From Candidatus Aenigmatarchaeota archaeon (GTDB taxonomy: Archaea; Aenigmatarchaeota; Aenigmatarchaeia; Aenigmatarchaeales; JACQIB01), in contig JACQIB010000004.1 in assembly GCA_016198755.1 (NCBI GenBank), positions 32,001 through 96,000 on the forward strand: a stretch of 64,000 bases of DNA, written 5' to 3'. How positions within the stretch are numbered: the stretch's first letter is position 1; every line of letters begins with the position of its first letter. Under the pieces are notes generated by a model. It did no database searches, was not told the DNA's origin, and was given only the letters and a program-made list of their open reading frames with translations. Of the stretch, positions 1 to 9,932 are shown piece after piece. The translations under genes were made by a program, and so were the position numbers.

Positions 1-3000
1 ATATTTGTAAAGTTTGCTATAGTAGCTGTGTAAATCGTGCTCCATGTGCCATCCTCTCCTATAACCTGTACATAAGCATACTTTAACCCTCCGCAGCCCG
101 CAGAAACCGTATTTTCAACAGAATCTTTCAACAGTGCTCCAAATCTTACCTCTTGTGTTGGCAATAGCTCTGTAGGTCCTGTTTCAAAACCAGATGCTGT
201 GGGTTTGATCCTTTCTATGCACTTCTTTGGAGACAGTGTGAATTTCGAGTCTTGCTGATTCTTATTTCCAGCCTTGTCAAACACAACAACAGTAAATGGA
301 ACTTCCGCATTTGATCCGGTCTTGTAGTATTTGTTCCAAATCTCTTCTGTTGCATTCACAGTGAAGTGTGCATAACCCAACAGCCTGTTATCATTCCCTG
401 AATATAGCTGCACTTTGCTCTCTTCCTTTCCGTTTACAGAGACTGTTGCATAATCCAGACCAATATTGTCTGTTGTTTCCGCAAAGAAACTCACAGGCTC
501 TCCAATGCTGCCCTCAAGCTTTGCTCCTTCCCCAGAGATACGATTAATTTTCGGGATTGTAACATCCTTTACTTTAACTACATCATTTGATTTAGCCCAT
601 GCTGAGCTCATACCTGCCATGTCAATTACCTGAGTGCTGAGCTTTACTATGCTTCCATCCTTTCCAGCAGGTATTGTTATTGAGGTATCAGCATTCCCAT
701 TTCTGAATGGTATGTTTTGAGTTATTGTTTCTGCTTGGTATCCATCAGGTCCATAAAAGTCAAATACAAAAACTGCTTCTTTCAGATTCACATTATCATT
801 TGCACTTAATGTAGCTGTTATCTTCTCCTCCGGATTGAGTTCTTTCAGAGATGTGATAGTGGGGCCAGATGTTATAGTTGGAGCTATAGTGTCCCTGACA
901 AGGAAGCAGAATGGCTTTGTTTCTGATGTTAAGTCAGCATCATTTCCCCAGTCAGAAGCCCTGTCTGTTACACTGATCTTCCAGCAAAGTCTCTTTCCCT
1001 GCTGGTCAGTTGTTGGTCTGTACTCAAACTCAGTTGTATCTTCAGTTGCATACACTTTCTTGGGTTCACCTACTTGATTTAAGGTTCCCCCCTCAGGCCC
1101 AACAAAAAACTTTGTATTCCTCAATTCCTTATTATCCTCAACAATCGCTCTGGCCATAAGCCATGTAAATCCATCGCTGCTCTCTGGCGGGAACACATCC
1201 TCCCCATATATTTTTGGCGGCTTATCGTCTCTGACTGCAACCTGAACAACCTGTAGGCTCTTTGTTTCAGTCTCTCCTTGGTTTCCATTATAATCAAGGG
1301 CAACCATTTTCCACTTTACTGTGCCTGTTGAAGCTACAGGCAGGGCAAATGTATGGCCAGCTCTGAATTCCTTTCCATCTTTGTTCACAGAATTCTCCTT
1401 TATTTCACTTGCTCCCCAGGCCTTTGCAATAATGAATGGCTCTGGTCCATCCCCGTCATAATCAACAAGAAGCCTTACTGTTTTGACTGCAAACTGGTCT
1501 GACCAGGTAGCACCAAAGCTTACTGGAGTCTGATCTTTTATCCCAAATTGATCTGCAGACTGGGAAACATCATCAGCCACAGGAGGCCTTGTGTCTGTTG
1601 TATAAACATAAATATTATCTGTCCCTGGGAAGAATACCATCCTGTTTGAAAGTGCTGGTGAAGCAGGCATATAGATATTGTTGTTTGCAAGCACGTTCTT
1701 GAACACAATCTCTGGTGTAAACTCCCCCGATTTTGATCCTTTGAGTACATATGCTGTCCTCTCCTTCCCGACACCTATAAAGTAAACATAATAGTTTCTG
1801 TCAGGTTCATTTGAGATTGTAACCACAGGCTGCCCAAGTATATACTCATTGGGCTGCAGTTCAAACTTCCATACAACTTTCCCGTCCTCATTCAGCATTT
1901 TCAGCTCATTAACAACCGCAGATGTTGTAGTTGTTTTTATTGTGGTTGTTGTAACAGCAGTGGTACTTGAGTTGTTTCCTTCTGTATCCACTGTTACAGC
2001 CCCGCCGGAAACAGCAGCCACGGTTGGTATTGTTGTAGTTGTGGGGGAATTAACAGGTGTATTATAAGTGATGCTTTTAACATAGTCCTGCACAAAGTAA
2101 ACATACTTTCCAGTGGATGTTTTAACAGCAACAGGATTCATTACTGTTGGTATGGAAAGAGGCACATTCCCTATCTGATAGTTCAGTTTAAACCTCTCTA
2201 AAAGCTTTCCGGAGCCAACCTTTTTCCCTTTCATTGAAGAGTCAAGCTGCGAAACAGTTAACTCAGCATTAGCCTTGTCTTTCGGAGCAGTTATCATAAC
2301 AATGTTTGTATCATTTGTTCCCCCAGGAAGGGATGGGATAACTGGAGTTGTGCGCCAGCTATATACTGAAATAGAACTCTTGTCTTTTCCTGTTTCTCCA
2401 GGAATCCTGAATCTTGATACTGTTGTGAATGTGTTTGCATCTATAGTGTTTACTACACCGGTCTCTTCAACAATATAAATGAAGTTGTGTTCTGGTTCAT
2501 ATACAGGACCTGCAACTATTGTTTTCAATCCTCTGGCTTTCCTTCCGAATATCTGCTCCAATTTTCCATCTCCGTTTATCAAAAAGAACTGCCCGTTTGA
2601 AACAACTCCTATAGAATCAAAACCATCAGGGTGATCTTTGTTTTTGTAAGCTTTTATTTTCAAAGGTGCTGATGTTACATTTGGTATGATTGCTCCGGGA
2701 TTGTATCCAGAAAACTTCCTCTTCCAGACAATTTCTCCTGTTATCTGATTCAGGGCTGTTACAATTCCGTTTGCAGAGCTTACAACAACAGAATCAACAA
2801 GTTCTCCACCCGTTGTTATAGCTTTTTCTCCTTCATCTGTCTGTATCTTTGTTACATTTATAGGAACGCGTGCAGCAAAATCTGTAACAGGTTCATGCAG
2901 CAATATCGCCTCATCCAATTTTGTTTTCCATAAAATACTCCCGTCTGTTGTAAGGGAAAATATCCAGCCATTATGGGTTACTATATAGGCCTTCCCGTTG

Positions 3001-4760
3001 GATATGACTGGTGAAGCACTTACTATAACTGGTTCTCCTGCTGCAGCAGAAGCATCAAAAGTCCAGAGTGGGATAGGTGAAAGTTTTTTCCCTTCCTTTA
3101 CCAACAATTCATCAGTATAACCGCTGTGCTTTCCACTCCCCCCAAAGTTACTCCAGTCTACATATGGCCTCACATCTGCTTCTGGCAAATCAACATCAAG
3201 CTTATAGGCTAAACTATACAAAGGCTGCTCTTCAGCTCCATGATAAACGCTCCCTTTCCTCTCCTTTCCTCTTGCCCAATATAGTTTTTTGCCAACTCCC
3301 CCCTTTATGTATATCAAATAGGTCTTTCCCACATTCAGCTCCCCGCTCTTAACTCTGGTGTCAAAAGAAACTGATTTCCAGCCAGCAGAAACACTTACAG
3401 GTTTGCTTACCCAGACAGGCCTGCTTTCTGTCCCCCCTTCAAGTGTATAAACATATGCTGTTAGTTCTTGATCTTCTTCAGAATTGACATATACCTGGAT
3501 TTTTCCAATTGGTGCAGCATGCTGTGCAATAAATGACTGTGTGGTTTTGAAAGCTGCTCCCAATGTAGCTTCTGTTGTTACAGATACATCAGTTGCAAAA
3601 TCTATATCTTCTCCGGTTTTTACCCAGTTTTTTTCACCAACCTTTTCCCATCCTTCTCCCCTATCATAAGACTGCCCCATCATCCATTCCACAGCACCCT
3701 TTCCTTTATCCTGAGTGCTCAAAACAATATAATATTTTTGCCCTGCTTCTATGTTTACAGAGCTTGTACCAGCTACTCCAACCATGCCCGGAGTGAAATC
3801 TATCCAGTCCCAATCCCTATTTGTTATAGGTTTTTGCATATTTCCAATAGAGTCACCTGTTGCACTGCTTACGACATCTACAAATACAGTCTGGTCTACA
3901 TCGCTTTTCAGGTATAATTTAAGTCCTGTTAAAGTACCTCCGTATGTGGATACAAAACTCTGTCTCAGACTCCTGTCAACAGAAGGGTCTATTTCCACTT
4001 CAGTAGCAAGGCTGTTTGATACCCCTTCTGCTATATCAATTTTATTCCCTTCTATATACAGCTCAGAATCCTCTGTAAGCCCCCTTATTGGGCCTAAGTT
4101 GTCTCCAGAACCAAGATCCCAATAAGCTTTGCTCCCCTGAACAACCTTTGTTGCTATAACATACTGTGATCCCCTATCCACCTCTACTCCACTCAATGCT
4201 CCAGCCGCTGTCCAGTCATAAGAACCTGTCAGTTCATTTCCTATGTAAGTTTCAAGTATTGGGTTGCCGTTTAAGAATCCATCAAGCGTGTATATTCCAA
4301 GTTGTATCCTTACTGTTTCACTCGGAGAACCCTTCATATAAAGCCTGATAGATTTGATTATTCCGGATTCCGGCGCACTAAATGTAACGCCAACAAGCTT
4401 GTCTTTTACAAGAACATTATTTTCAACAGCTGTATCAGAGAGAGTGCTTCTAACTGTTATTTTATGTAAAATAGATCCTGCGCTCGATGCAGAAGGGGGC
4501 ATTTCAGGTACTTTTATTGGAAAAGCTTTCAATTCTGATGTTATATCTTCGCGTCCGCTATCAGGAGTTGATATAGCATCTGTTCCGGTTTCAGTAAAAA
4601 GCACAAATCCACTCGAGCTTGCTGCAAAGTTTAGATTTGTAGATTTCTCTCCAAAATTGGCTGCAAAAATCCCCACCAATAACAGCGGTACTAAAAGCAG
4701 GATATAAAAAATAGCTGAGTGATGACCCCGCCCTCTATGTAAATGAGATTTGTGCTTCAT
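1..4760 (-). CDS. Giant (>1586 aa) surface protein with PQQ-like beta-propeller and Ig-like repeats; 3' end runs off the window
   Basis: ATG at 4760 (MKHKSHLHRGRGHHSAIFYILLLVPLLLVGIF...). The same frame still reads open at positions 3-90 (...GEDGTWSTIYTATIANFTN). It is absent from the ORF track, consistent with no in-window stop. Contains WTFD/SASPVISNGKAYI/WKTKL propeller motifs and D-N-x-G-L...D-K-A-G-N Ig-like repeats. Confidence 0.85.
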   Translation of the reverse strand, partial: MKHKSHLHRGRGHHSAIFYILLLVPLLLVGIFAANFGEKSTNLNFAASSSGFVLFTETGTDAISTPDSGREDITSELKAFPIKVPEMPPSASSAGSILHKITVRSTLSDTAVENNVLVKDKLVGVTFSAPESGIIKSIRLYMKGSPSETVRIQLGIYTLDGFLNGNPILETYIGNELTGSYDWTAAGALSGVEVDRGSQYVIATKVVQGSKAYWDLGSGDNLGPIRGLTEDSELYIEGNKIDIAEGVSNSLATEVEIDPSVDRSLRQSFVSTYGGTLTGLKLYLKSDVDQTVFVDVVSSATGDSIGNMQKPITNRDWDWIDFTPGMVGVAGTSSVNIEAGQKYYIVLSTQDKGKGAVEWMMGQSYDRGEGWEKVGEKNWVKTGEDIDFATDVSVTTEATLGAAFKTTQSFIAQHAAPIGKIQVYVNSEEDQELTAYVYTLEGGTESRPVWVSKPVSVSAGWKSVSFDTRVKSGELNVGKTYLIYIKGGVGKKLYWARGKERKGSVYHGAEEQPLYSLAYKLDVDLPEADVRPYVDWSNFGGSGKHSGYTDELLVKEGKKLSPIPLWTFDASAAAGEPVIVSASPVISNGKAYIVTHNGWIFSLTTDGSILWKTKLDEAILLHEPVTDFAARVPINVTKIQTDEGEKAITTGGELVDSVVVSSANGIVTALNQITGEIVWKRKFSGYNPGAIIPNVTSAPLKIKAYKNKDHPDGFDSIGVVSNGQFFLINGDGKLEQIFGRKARGLKTIVAGPVYEPEHNFIYIVEETGVVNTIDANTFTTVSRFRIPGETGKDKSSISVYSWRTTPVIPSLPGGTNDTNIVMITAPKDKANAELTVSQLDSSMKGKKVGSGKLLERFKLNYQIGNVPLSIPTVMNPVAVKTSTGKYVYFVQDYVKSITYNTPVNSPTTTTIPTVAAVSGGAVTVDTEGNNSSTTAVTTTTIKTTTTSAVVNELKMLNEDGKVVWKFELQPNEYILGQPVVTISNEPDRNYYVYFIGVGKERTAYVLKGSKSGEFTPEIVFKNVLANNNIYMPASPALSNRMVFFPGTDNIYVYTTDTRPPVADDVSQSADQFGIKDQTPVSFGATWSDQFAVKTVRLLVDYDGDGPEPFIIAKAWGASEIKENSVNKDGKEFRAGHTFALPVASTGTVKWKMVALDYNGNQGETETKSLQVVQVAVRDDKPPKIYGEDVFPPESSDGFTWLMARAIVEDNKELRNTKFFVGPEGGTLNQVGEPKKVYATEDTTEFEYRPTTDQQGKRLCWKISVTDRASDWGNDADLTSETKPFCFLVRDTIAPTITSGPTITSLKELNPEEKITATLSANDNVNLKEAVFVFDFYGPDGYQAETITQNIPFRNGNADTSITIPAGKDGSIVKLSTQVIDMAGMSSAWAKSNDVVKVKDVTIPKINRISGEGAKLEGSIGEPVSFFAETTDNIGLDYATVSVNGKEESKVQLYSGNDNRLLGYAHFTVNATEEIWNKYYKTGSNAEVPFTVVVFDKAGNKNQQDSKFTLSPKKCIERIKPTASGFETGPTELLPTQEVRFGALLKDSVENTVSAGCGGLKYAYVQVIGEDGTWSTIYTATIANFTN

Positions 4761-4821
4761 AATCTCAGGATTTAATACGCAGAGCAGGTATTTAAGCCTT
4801 TATTTCTGTTTTTTTAATAAA

Positions 4822-7620
4822 TTACGCCTGTTCCCCCCCATAAACTATTGGGGCAGTTTTTTTCTGGCTGCGTTTCACAATAATCAAAACAATAGCAACC
4901 ATAACCAGAACAAGAGCCCCCCCAACCACATAATATATAGGTATCGGTATAACAGTTTCCCTACCGCCGCAGCTTCTCTCCTCCACAGATCTGTCATATT
5001 GATTGCTCTCTGCATTGCATTTGTAAACAACTCGTGTCTGTTTTTCATTTATACATTCAGACCATCCAGAGGGTTCAGGAACCTGTCCTGCGCACTCGGA
5101 TATAGTTGTAGTTGTTTCTGGAATAATATTGGCTTTTGCAATGAAGGTTTTTGAATCAGTAACAAAGCTGTTTCCCGCAGAATCAAAAAGATATACTTTC
5201 CAGACGTAGTTTCCATCCTCTTCCGGAGTGAACTTGAACTCAAGTGTATCAGATGTTCCAGAGAGCTGTTTTTCTGTGATATTTTTTTCGTTTATCTCCA
5301 AAATAGCTACCCCTAGTCCAATGTTATCTATTGCTTTTACAGTTAAAACAACCTCAGTGCCAACTCTTACTGTTTTCGCTGTCTGAATTTGCTCCAAAAC
5401 AGTGGGCGCTTCAGTATCCACAGAAATTTTAAAGCTCAGCTCAGAAGAGTATTTTGAGTTTCCAGCCTTATCAGTTGCCTTTACTCTCCATTTTACAGCA
5501 GTTCCTCCATTCGCACGGCTTATATAAGTAAAGTTGCTCCAATAGCTGCTCCCGGTCAGGTTAACAACGGATTTTTCCATATATCCTCCCCCCTCATTTA
5601 CCTCCAAAAATGCCTGATCCAGTTCTGAGTTGTCAGTCCAGAGAACCCCGAGATTCACAGGAACACCCTTTGCGACTTCCTGGGAAGACTGCAGTGATTT
5701 TACTGGAACTGGCGGAGAATCATCCAAAAGAACCCTGATACTCTTCTGATCTGAAACAATCCAGTTCCCAGCGGTATCGTTTATATACACCCTCCATTTT
5801 ACGGTTGTTCCGTCTTTTATGCTCCCATTCCTCCAGTTGAATGCTATATTTGCAAAATTATCTCCTCTTAGGTTTACAGGACTCCCATAAACAGTTTTAT
5901 TTCCGAATATTCCTGATTCATCTGTCTCCAATGTAGCCCAGCCAAGGGCAGCATTGTCTGTAACATTGATATTGATGAGAACAACAGCTCCTATACCTGC
6001 GATATCAGTGCTCTGTTTAATTGCAGTTATTACGGGAGATTCTGTATCTTCTATAACGAACTGTTTTTCAGTTGTTGAATTTATGTTTCCTCCAACATCA
6101 TATCCTGCAAACTTCCATTTTACTGTAGAGCCATGTTGCAGGGTCTTGTTTGGATCTGACCAGGTAAAATTAGACTGTGCGCTTGTCCCAGACAAACTTA
6201 TTTTTGCAAAATCAACCCACTGTTTTCCGCTTGAGTTATACATCTGCAGCACTGTGTATGAAAGTCCTGTATTATCTGTCCATGCAGCTGAAACAGTCAC
6301 ATTTTCCCCGAGCTTTGGGGAAGCTGTAGATTGCTGGACAGAAGAATATGCCGGAGGGAAAATATCAGGCCCTATTGCATACAGTTTCCCGTTGTCAGAT
6401 CCGAAATAAATTCCGTTTTTGCTTACTGCCGGGCTGGAAAATGCAGTAGAACCATAATTGTACTTCCAGAGCAAATCCTTCTGGTTGCCTCCATTATCCT
6501 TTTCAAGCCCCTCATCCACTCCATCAGAGGGATCAAAATCATATGAATAAACAAAACCATCATTTGAAACAACATACAATATATTGTTAGAAATAACAGG
6601 AGACGAGATGATTTGCCCTCCAACAATTGCGCTCCATAATATCTGCCCCGCGCTTGTAACAACTTTAACTTCTCCGCCATTATTTGTGAAAACAATTTTG
6701 TTCCCCGATATTGCTGGAGAAGCATATGGCCATGCTCCGGCTGAGGCTATAAACAGGACCGCGCTCCCGTCAGAAATCTTTCTTACATAATACCCCTGCC
6801 CAGCCCCAGAACCCCCGCCTATTGCAACTATTTCCCCCCCAGCAGAGGAGGCCGCAGGAGTTGAATAAAATGTTCCTCCGCCCCCGAAATTAGAAGACCA
6901 GATTTTTGTGCCATCAGAGTCCTTATAGGCTGCCATATAGCTCTGGAAAGCTGCTATAACCTTATCCCCATAGACAGTTGGAGCTGCGTCTACAAATTGC
7001 AGATTAACATCATTTACAGACCATATTCTACTCAAGCTTAAATCATATTTGTAAATATTTTGGTTCGAGCCAATATACAAATAACTACCTGCAGAAGCAA
7101 TGGCTGGCCTGCTTGTAAATGCCAGCTGGGCTGAGGTTTGTACACCCCCATCCCTCATCTTTATCTTATAAATTAAATTTGGGTTCCCACCAGTGGTTGC
7201 AACATAGATAAAATCATTCACAATAACCGGCGATACAGTTATGGGAAGTCCGAGATTTGTTTTCCATATTAGAGTCCCGCTTATTTGATCCAAAGCATAC
7301 AAATATCCATCATCCCCCCCGAAAACAACCTTCCCCCCAGCAATAACAGGATTTGTCTGTATTTTTTTACCTGAACCAGTGTCAAAAATCCATCTTGTCA
7401 TATTTTCATTTGCCCCAGGGCCAGGCCATGGGCTTTCTCCCGTATGGTTTGCCCAGCCCCTATGCTGAGTCCAGTTCTGGAAAACACTAACAGAGGCTCC
7501 ACCAACAACTCCGCCCCCACCTCCGCCGGGAAACCCTATCTGTGCTGTCCCTTCCTGTGATAAGTAAACAAAAACGAGCGTTATTGTAATAAACAAAATC
7601 ACTGCAAACTTTTTGAGCAT
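4822..7620 (-). CDS. Membrane-anchored PQQ-like (BamB-type) beta-propeller protein with four Ig-like repeats
   Basis: Signal peptide; repeated SSPAV/G-x-x-DG-x-LYA-D/LW motifs; four W-x-DN-x-GL...VKW...D-x-AGN repeats; C-terminal TM helix with basic tail. Confidence 0.85.
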   Translation of the reverse strand: MLKKFAVILFITITLVFVYLSQEGTAQIGFPGGGGGGVVGGASVSVFQNWTQHRGWANHTGESPWPGPGANENMTRWIFDTGSGKKIQTNPVIAGGKVVFGGDDGYLYALDQISGTLIWKTNLGLPITVSPVIVNDFIYVATTGGNPNLIYKIKMRDGGVQTSAQLAFTSRPAIASAGSYLYIGSNQNIYKYDLSLSRIWSVNDVNLQFVDAAPTVYGDKVIAAFQSYMAAYKDSDGTKIWSSNFGGGGTFYSTPAASSAGGEIVAIGGGSGAGQGYYVRKISDGSAVLFIASAGAWPYASPAISGNKIVFTNNGGEVKVVTSAGQILWSAIVGGQIISSPVISNNILYVVSNDGFVYSYDFDPSDGVDEGLEKDNGGNQKDLLWKYNYGSTAFSSPAVSKNGIYFGSDNGKLYAIGPDIFPPAYSSVQQSTASPKLGENVTVSAAWTDNTGLSYTVLQMYNSSGKQWVDFAKISLSGTSAQSNFTWSDPNKTLQHGSTVKWKFAGYDVGGNINSTTEKQFVIEDTESPVITAIKQSTDIAGIGAVVLININVTDNAALGWATLETDESGIFGNKTVYGSPVNLRGDNFANIAFNWRNGSIKDGTTVKWRVYINDTAGNWIVSDQKSIRVLLDDSPPVPVKSLQSSQEVAKGVPVNLGVLWTDNSELDQAFLEVNEGGGYMEKSVVNLTGSSYWSNFTYISRANGGTAVKWRVKATDKAGNSKYSSELSFKISVDTEAPTVLEQIQTAKTVRVGTEVVLTVKAIDNIGLGVAILEINEKNITEKQLSGTSDTLEFKFTPEEDGNYVWKVYLFDSAGNSFVTDSKTFIAKANIIPETTTTISECAGQVPEPSGWSECINEKQTRVVYKCNAESNQYDRSVEERSCGGRETVIPIPIYYVVGGALVLVMVAIVLIIVKRSQKKTAPIVYGGEQA

Positions 7621-7686
7621 GTTCTCCCCCCGCGCTAAAAGAAAGTTAGCAAAGCCCGTATATAAACATTCCTTACTATGTCCCGT

Positions 7687-8388
7687 CTAATATTCTTTCT
7701 CCAAAACTTCCCTTATTTTCTGTGCCAGCTTTTCCCCTATTCCTTCCGCTTCTTTTAGTTCCTGCTCAGAAGCAGCAAAAATCCCTGCAGGGCTTCCAAA
7801 CTTTTTCAGCAAAGCCCTGGCTTTAACATTGCTAACCCCCGGCAACCCAGCTACAATAAACTCCTGCACATCTTTCACGGTTTCTGCTTTTTTCTCCCCT
7901 CTAACTGCAAGTTCCCTTCTCTCTGTCAATTGCTCCCTCCTTGCAATCCAGTTTATTAGTGCTGCCGATTCCTGCGGGTTTGCACTCCACATTATTGGTA
8001 TTCCATAATCGATAGCAATGCTCGCCAGCGCTCCTCTTACACTGTTTGGGTTTAGTCTACCGTATAAGTCATTCCCTTCTATCAGTAAAATTGGTTTCTC
8101 AAAACTTTCTTTTAATGCTTCCGCCTGCTGGAAAAGCCTCTGGTCTGTTATAGAGTTTAAAAAATCCTGCGCAGCCTTCCTCTCTATCCCCACTCTCTCA
8201 GAACATAGATAATCTGCAACCTCGAGTCTCTTGCTCTTGACAATACAATCAAACTTTCCCAGAGCTTCCACAACAGGTGAGTAAAATTCCCTTGAATCCA
8301 CAAAAATCATTGGTTTTGGTGATTCAGGCTTTTTCAAAACCTGTTCCCCCAGAAAATCCAGATGCCCAGCTTTCTTTTTTTCAGCCAT
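7687..8388 (-). CDS. ERCC4/XPF-family structure-specific nuclease with HhH domain (Hef nuclease half)
   Basis: VDSRE, ADY, ERKAAQDF nuclease motifs; C-terminal LPGV...GIG HhH pair. Confidence 0.93.
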   Translation of the reverse strand: MAEKKKAGHLDFLGEQVLKKPESPKPMIFVDSREFYSPVVEALGKFDCIVKSKRLEVADYLCSERVGIERKAAQDFLNSITDQRLFQQAEALKESFEKPILLIEGNDLYGRLNPNSVRGALASIAIDYGIPIMWSANPQESAALINWIARREQLTERRELAVRGEKKAETVKDVQEFIVAGLPGVSNVKARALLKKFGSPAGIFAASEQELKEAEGIGEKLAQKIREVLEKEY

Positions 8389-8409
8389 ACAACAGAAATG
8401 TACATAACC

Positions 8410-9906
8410 TTATTTATCCTTTTGTTCCATACCTTTTCCAATCCCTTCCAGCTCTTCCCTCATTCTTCTCTCTTTCCTTTTTGCTGTATACAGGTTTGCT
8501 TCATCTCTCGTCCCTTTGTTAACAAGCACAAAAACCCTCCCAGCCTTAATTCTTCCCACGCGACCGCGGCGCTGTATCGTTCTTATCTCAGAGGAAACAG
8601 GTTCATAAAAAACAGCAATATCAGCACTCGGTATATGCAATCCTTCCTCCCCCACAGGGCTTGTAACAAGAATATTGTAAACTCCGGCTGTAAAGTCTTT
8701 TATAGTATCTATCTGTTCTTTCTGGCTCTGTCCTGTCTCCCCCCCCTGCCCTACTAAAACAGCAGGTTTACACCCTTCTATATTCTTCAGTGCAGAAAAA
8801 ACAGTGGAAATATTGTCCCTGAAATGGGAAAAGACTATAATGCTTGCCTTAGGATTTTCCTTTACTAACTTTTCTAGTAATATAAATTTAGGGCTTTCAA
8901 ACCCCTCTACTTTCAGTTCTTGAGCAGTTCTCAATGCGTTCTGCACTTTTAAGTCTTGTAAGGCTCTTTCAGCAGCTTTATTCCCCTGTGTTCTTAACTT
9001 TTCCAAATACAAACAAAGAGCTGAAATACTCTGTGTTTCCAAAAGCTCAAGAGCATGCCATATTTTCAGTGTCTCTGCACAGAGAGACAATATACGGAAG
9101 TTTGCAGGATTCCCAGCCCTCAGTCCGGAAGCAGCCCTTTTCTGTGCCAGCAATAAATCAGTTTTGCTGTAAACATTAACTTTACACTGTTTCAGTTTTT
9201 CTACTCTTTCTTTCAGTGCAGCCTTAAGCGAGGATTGTATTTTCAGCATTTTCTCTGGTAATTCAGCTCTCAGAACCTCAAATTTTGATTCCTGTATATA
9301 GGGTTTTATATCCTCATCCTCTTCTGTTCTCATCTCAACAGCTTCCGTCCCCAAATTCTTGCAAACCTCCTCAATCTTTTCTTTTGTGCTCCCCGGGCTT
9401 GCTGTTAATCCCAGAACCCTAGGGTTTTTTGCCTGCTTCATGTAAACAGAAACTATTATAGGATAAGCATATTTTTTCACAGATCTGTGACACTCATCCA
9501 CAACCAGCAAGCTGAACTCTGCGAGCGAAAGCCTGCCCCCGTGCAAATCATTAGCTATTGTCTGCGGTGTAGCTGCAATAATTTTTGCTTCTTTGTAAAT
9601 TTCTTTTCTCTCCAGCGGGTTTACAACTCCTGTAAGCACAACAATTTTCTCTTTTTCTATAGTCAGCATATTCTGGAACGCAGAACAGTGCTGCTCAGCC
9701 AATGGTCTTGTGGGAGCCATAATTAGAACCTTTCCTCCGAACTTTTCCATTCTCTGTGCAGAAAGCAAAACAGCAAGCGCGGTTTTACCAGTCCCAGTAG
9801 GCAGAACACATAAAGTATTTTTACCCACAGCAGTATTCAGTATTGAAGACTGATACAGCCTCTCTTCTATGCTGTTTGGCTTTATCAGAGGATGTGTTAT
9901 AAACAT
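8410..9906 (-). CDS. Hef/FANCM (Mph1)-like SF2 helicase without nuclease domain (alternative GTG start at 9915)
   Basis: LPTGTGKT, DECH, GLTASPG, GEEGL, QRRGRVGR motifs. Confidence 0.92.
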   Translation of the reverse strand: MFITHPLIKPNSIEERLYQSSILNTAVGKNTLCVLPTGTGKTALAVLLSAQRMEKFGGKVLIMAPTRPLAEQHCSAFQNMLTIEKEKIVVLTGVVNPLERKEIYKEAKIIAATPQTIANDLHGGRLSLAEFSLLVVDECHRSVKKYAYPIIVSVYMKQAKNPRVLGLTASPGSTKEKIEEVCKNLGTEAVEMRTEEDEDIKPYIQESKFEVLRAELPEKMLKIQSSLKAALKERVEKLKQCKVNVYSKTDLLLAQKRAASGLRAGNPANFRILSLCAETLKIWHALELLETQSISALCLYLEKLRTQGNKAAERALQDLKVQNALRTAQELKVEGFESPKFILLEKLVKENPKASIIVFSHFRDNISTVFSALKNIEGCKPAVLVGQGGETGQSQKEQIDTIKDFTAGVYNILVTSPVGEEGLHIPSADIAVFYEPVSSEIRTIQRRGRVGRIKAGRVFVLVNKGTRDEANLYTAKRKERRMREELEGIGKGMEQKDK

Positions 9907-9932
9907 TATTCTCACGTTTTCTTAGAGTAATT

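Noticed and set aside
835-5154. Many short + strand ORFs (60-134 aa)
   Set aside because: Antisense shadows of the large minus-strand genes; no recognisable motifs
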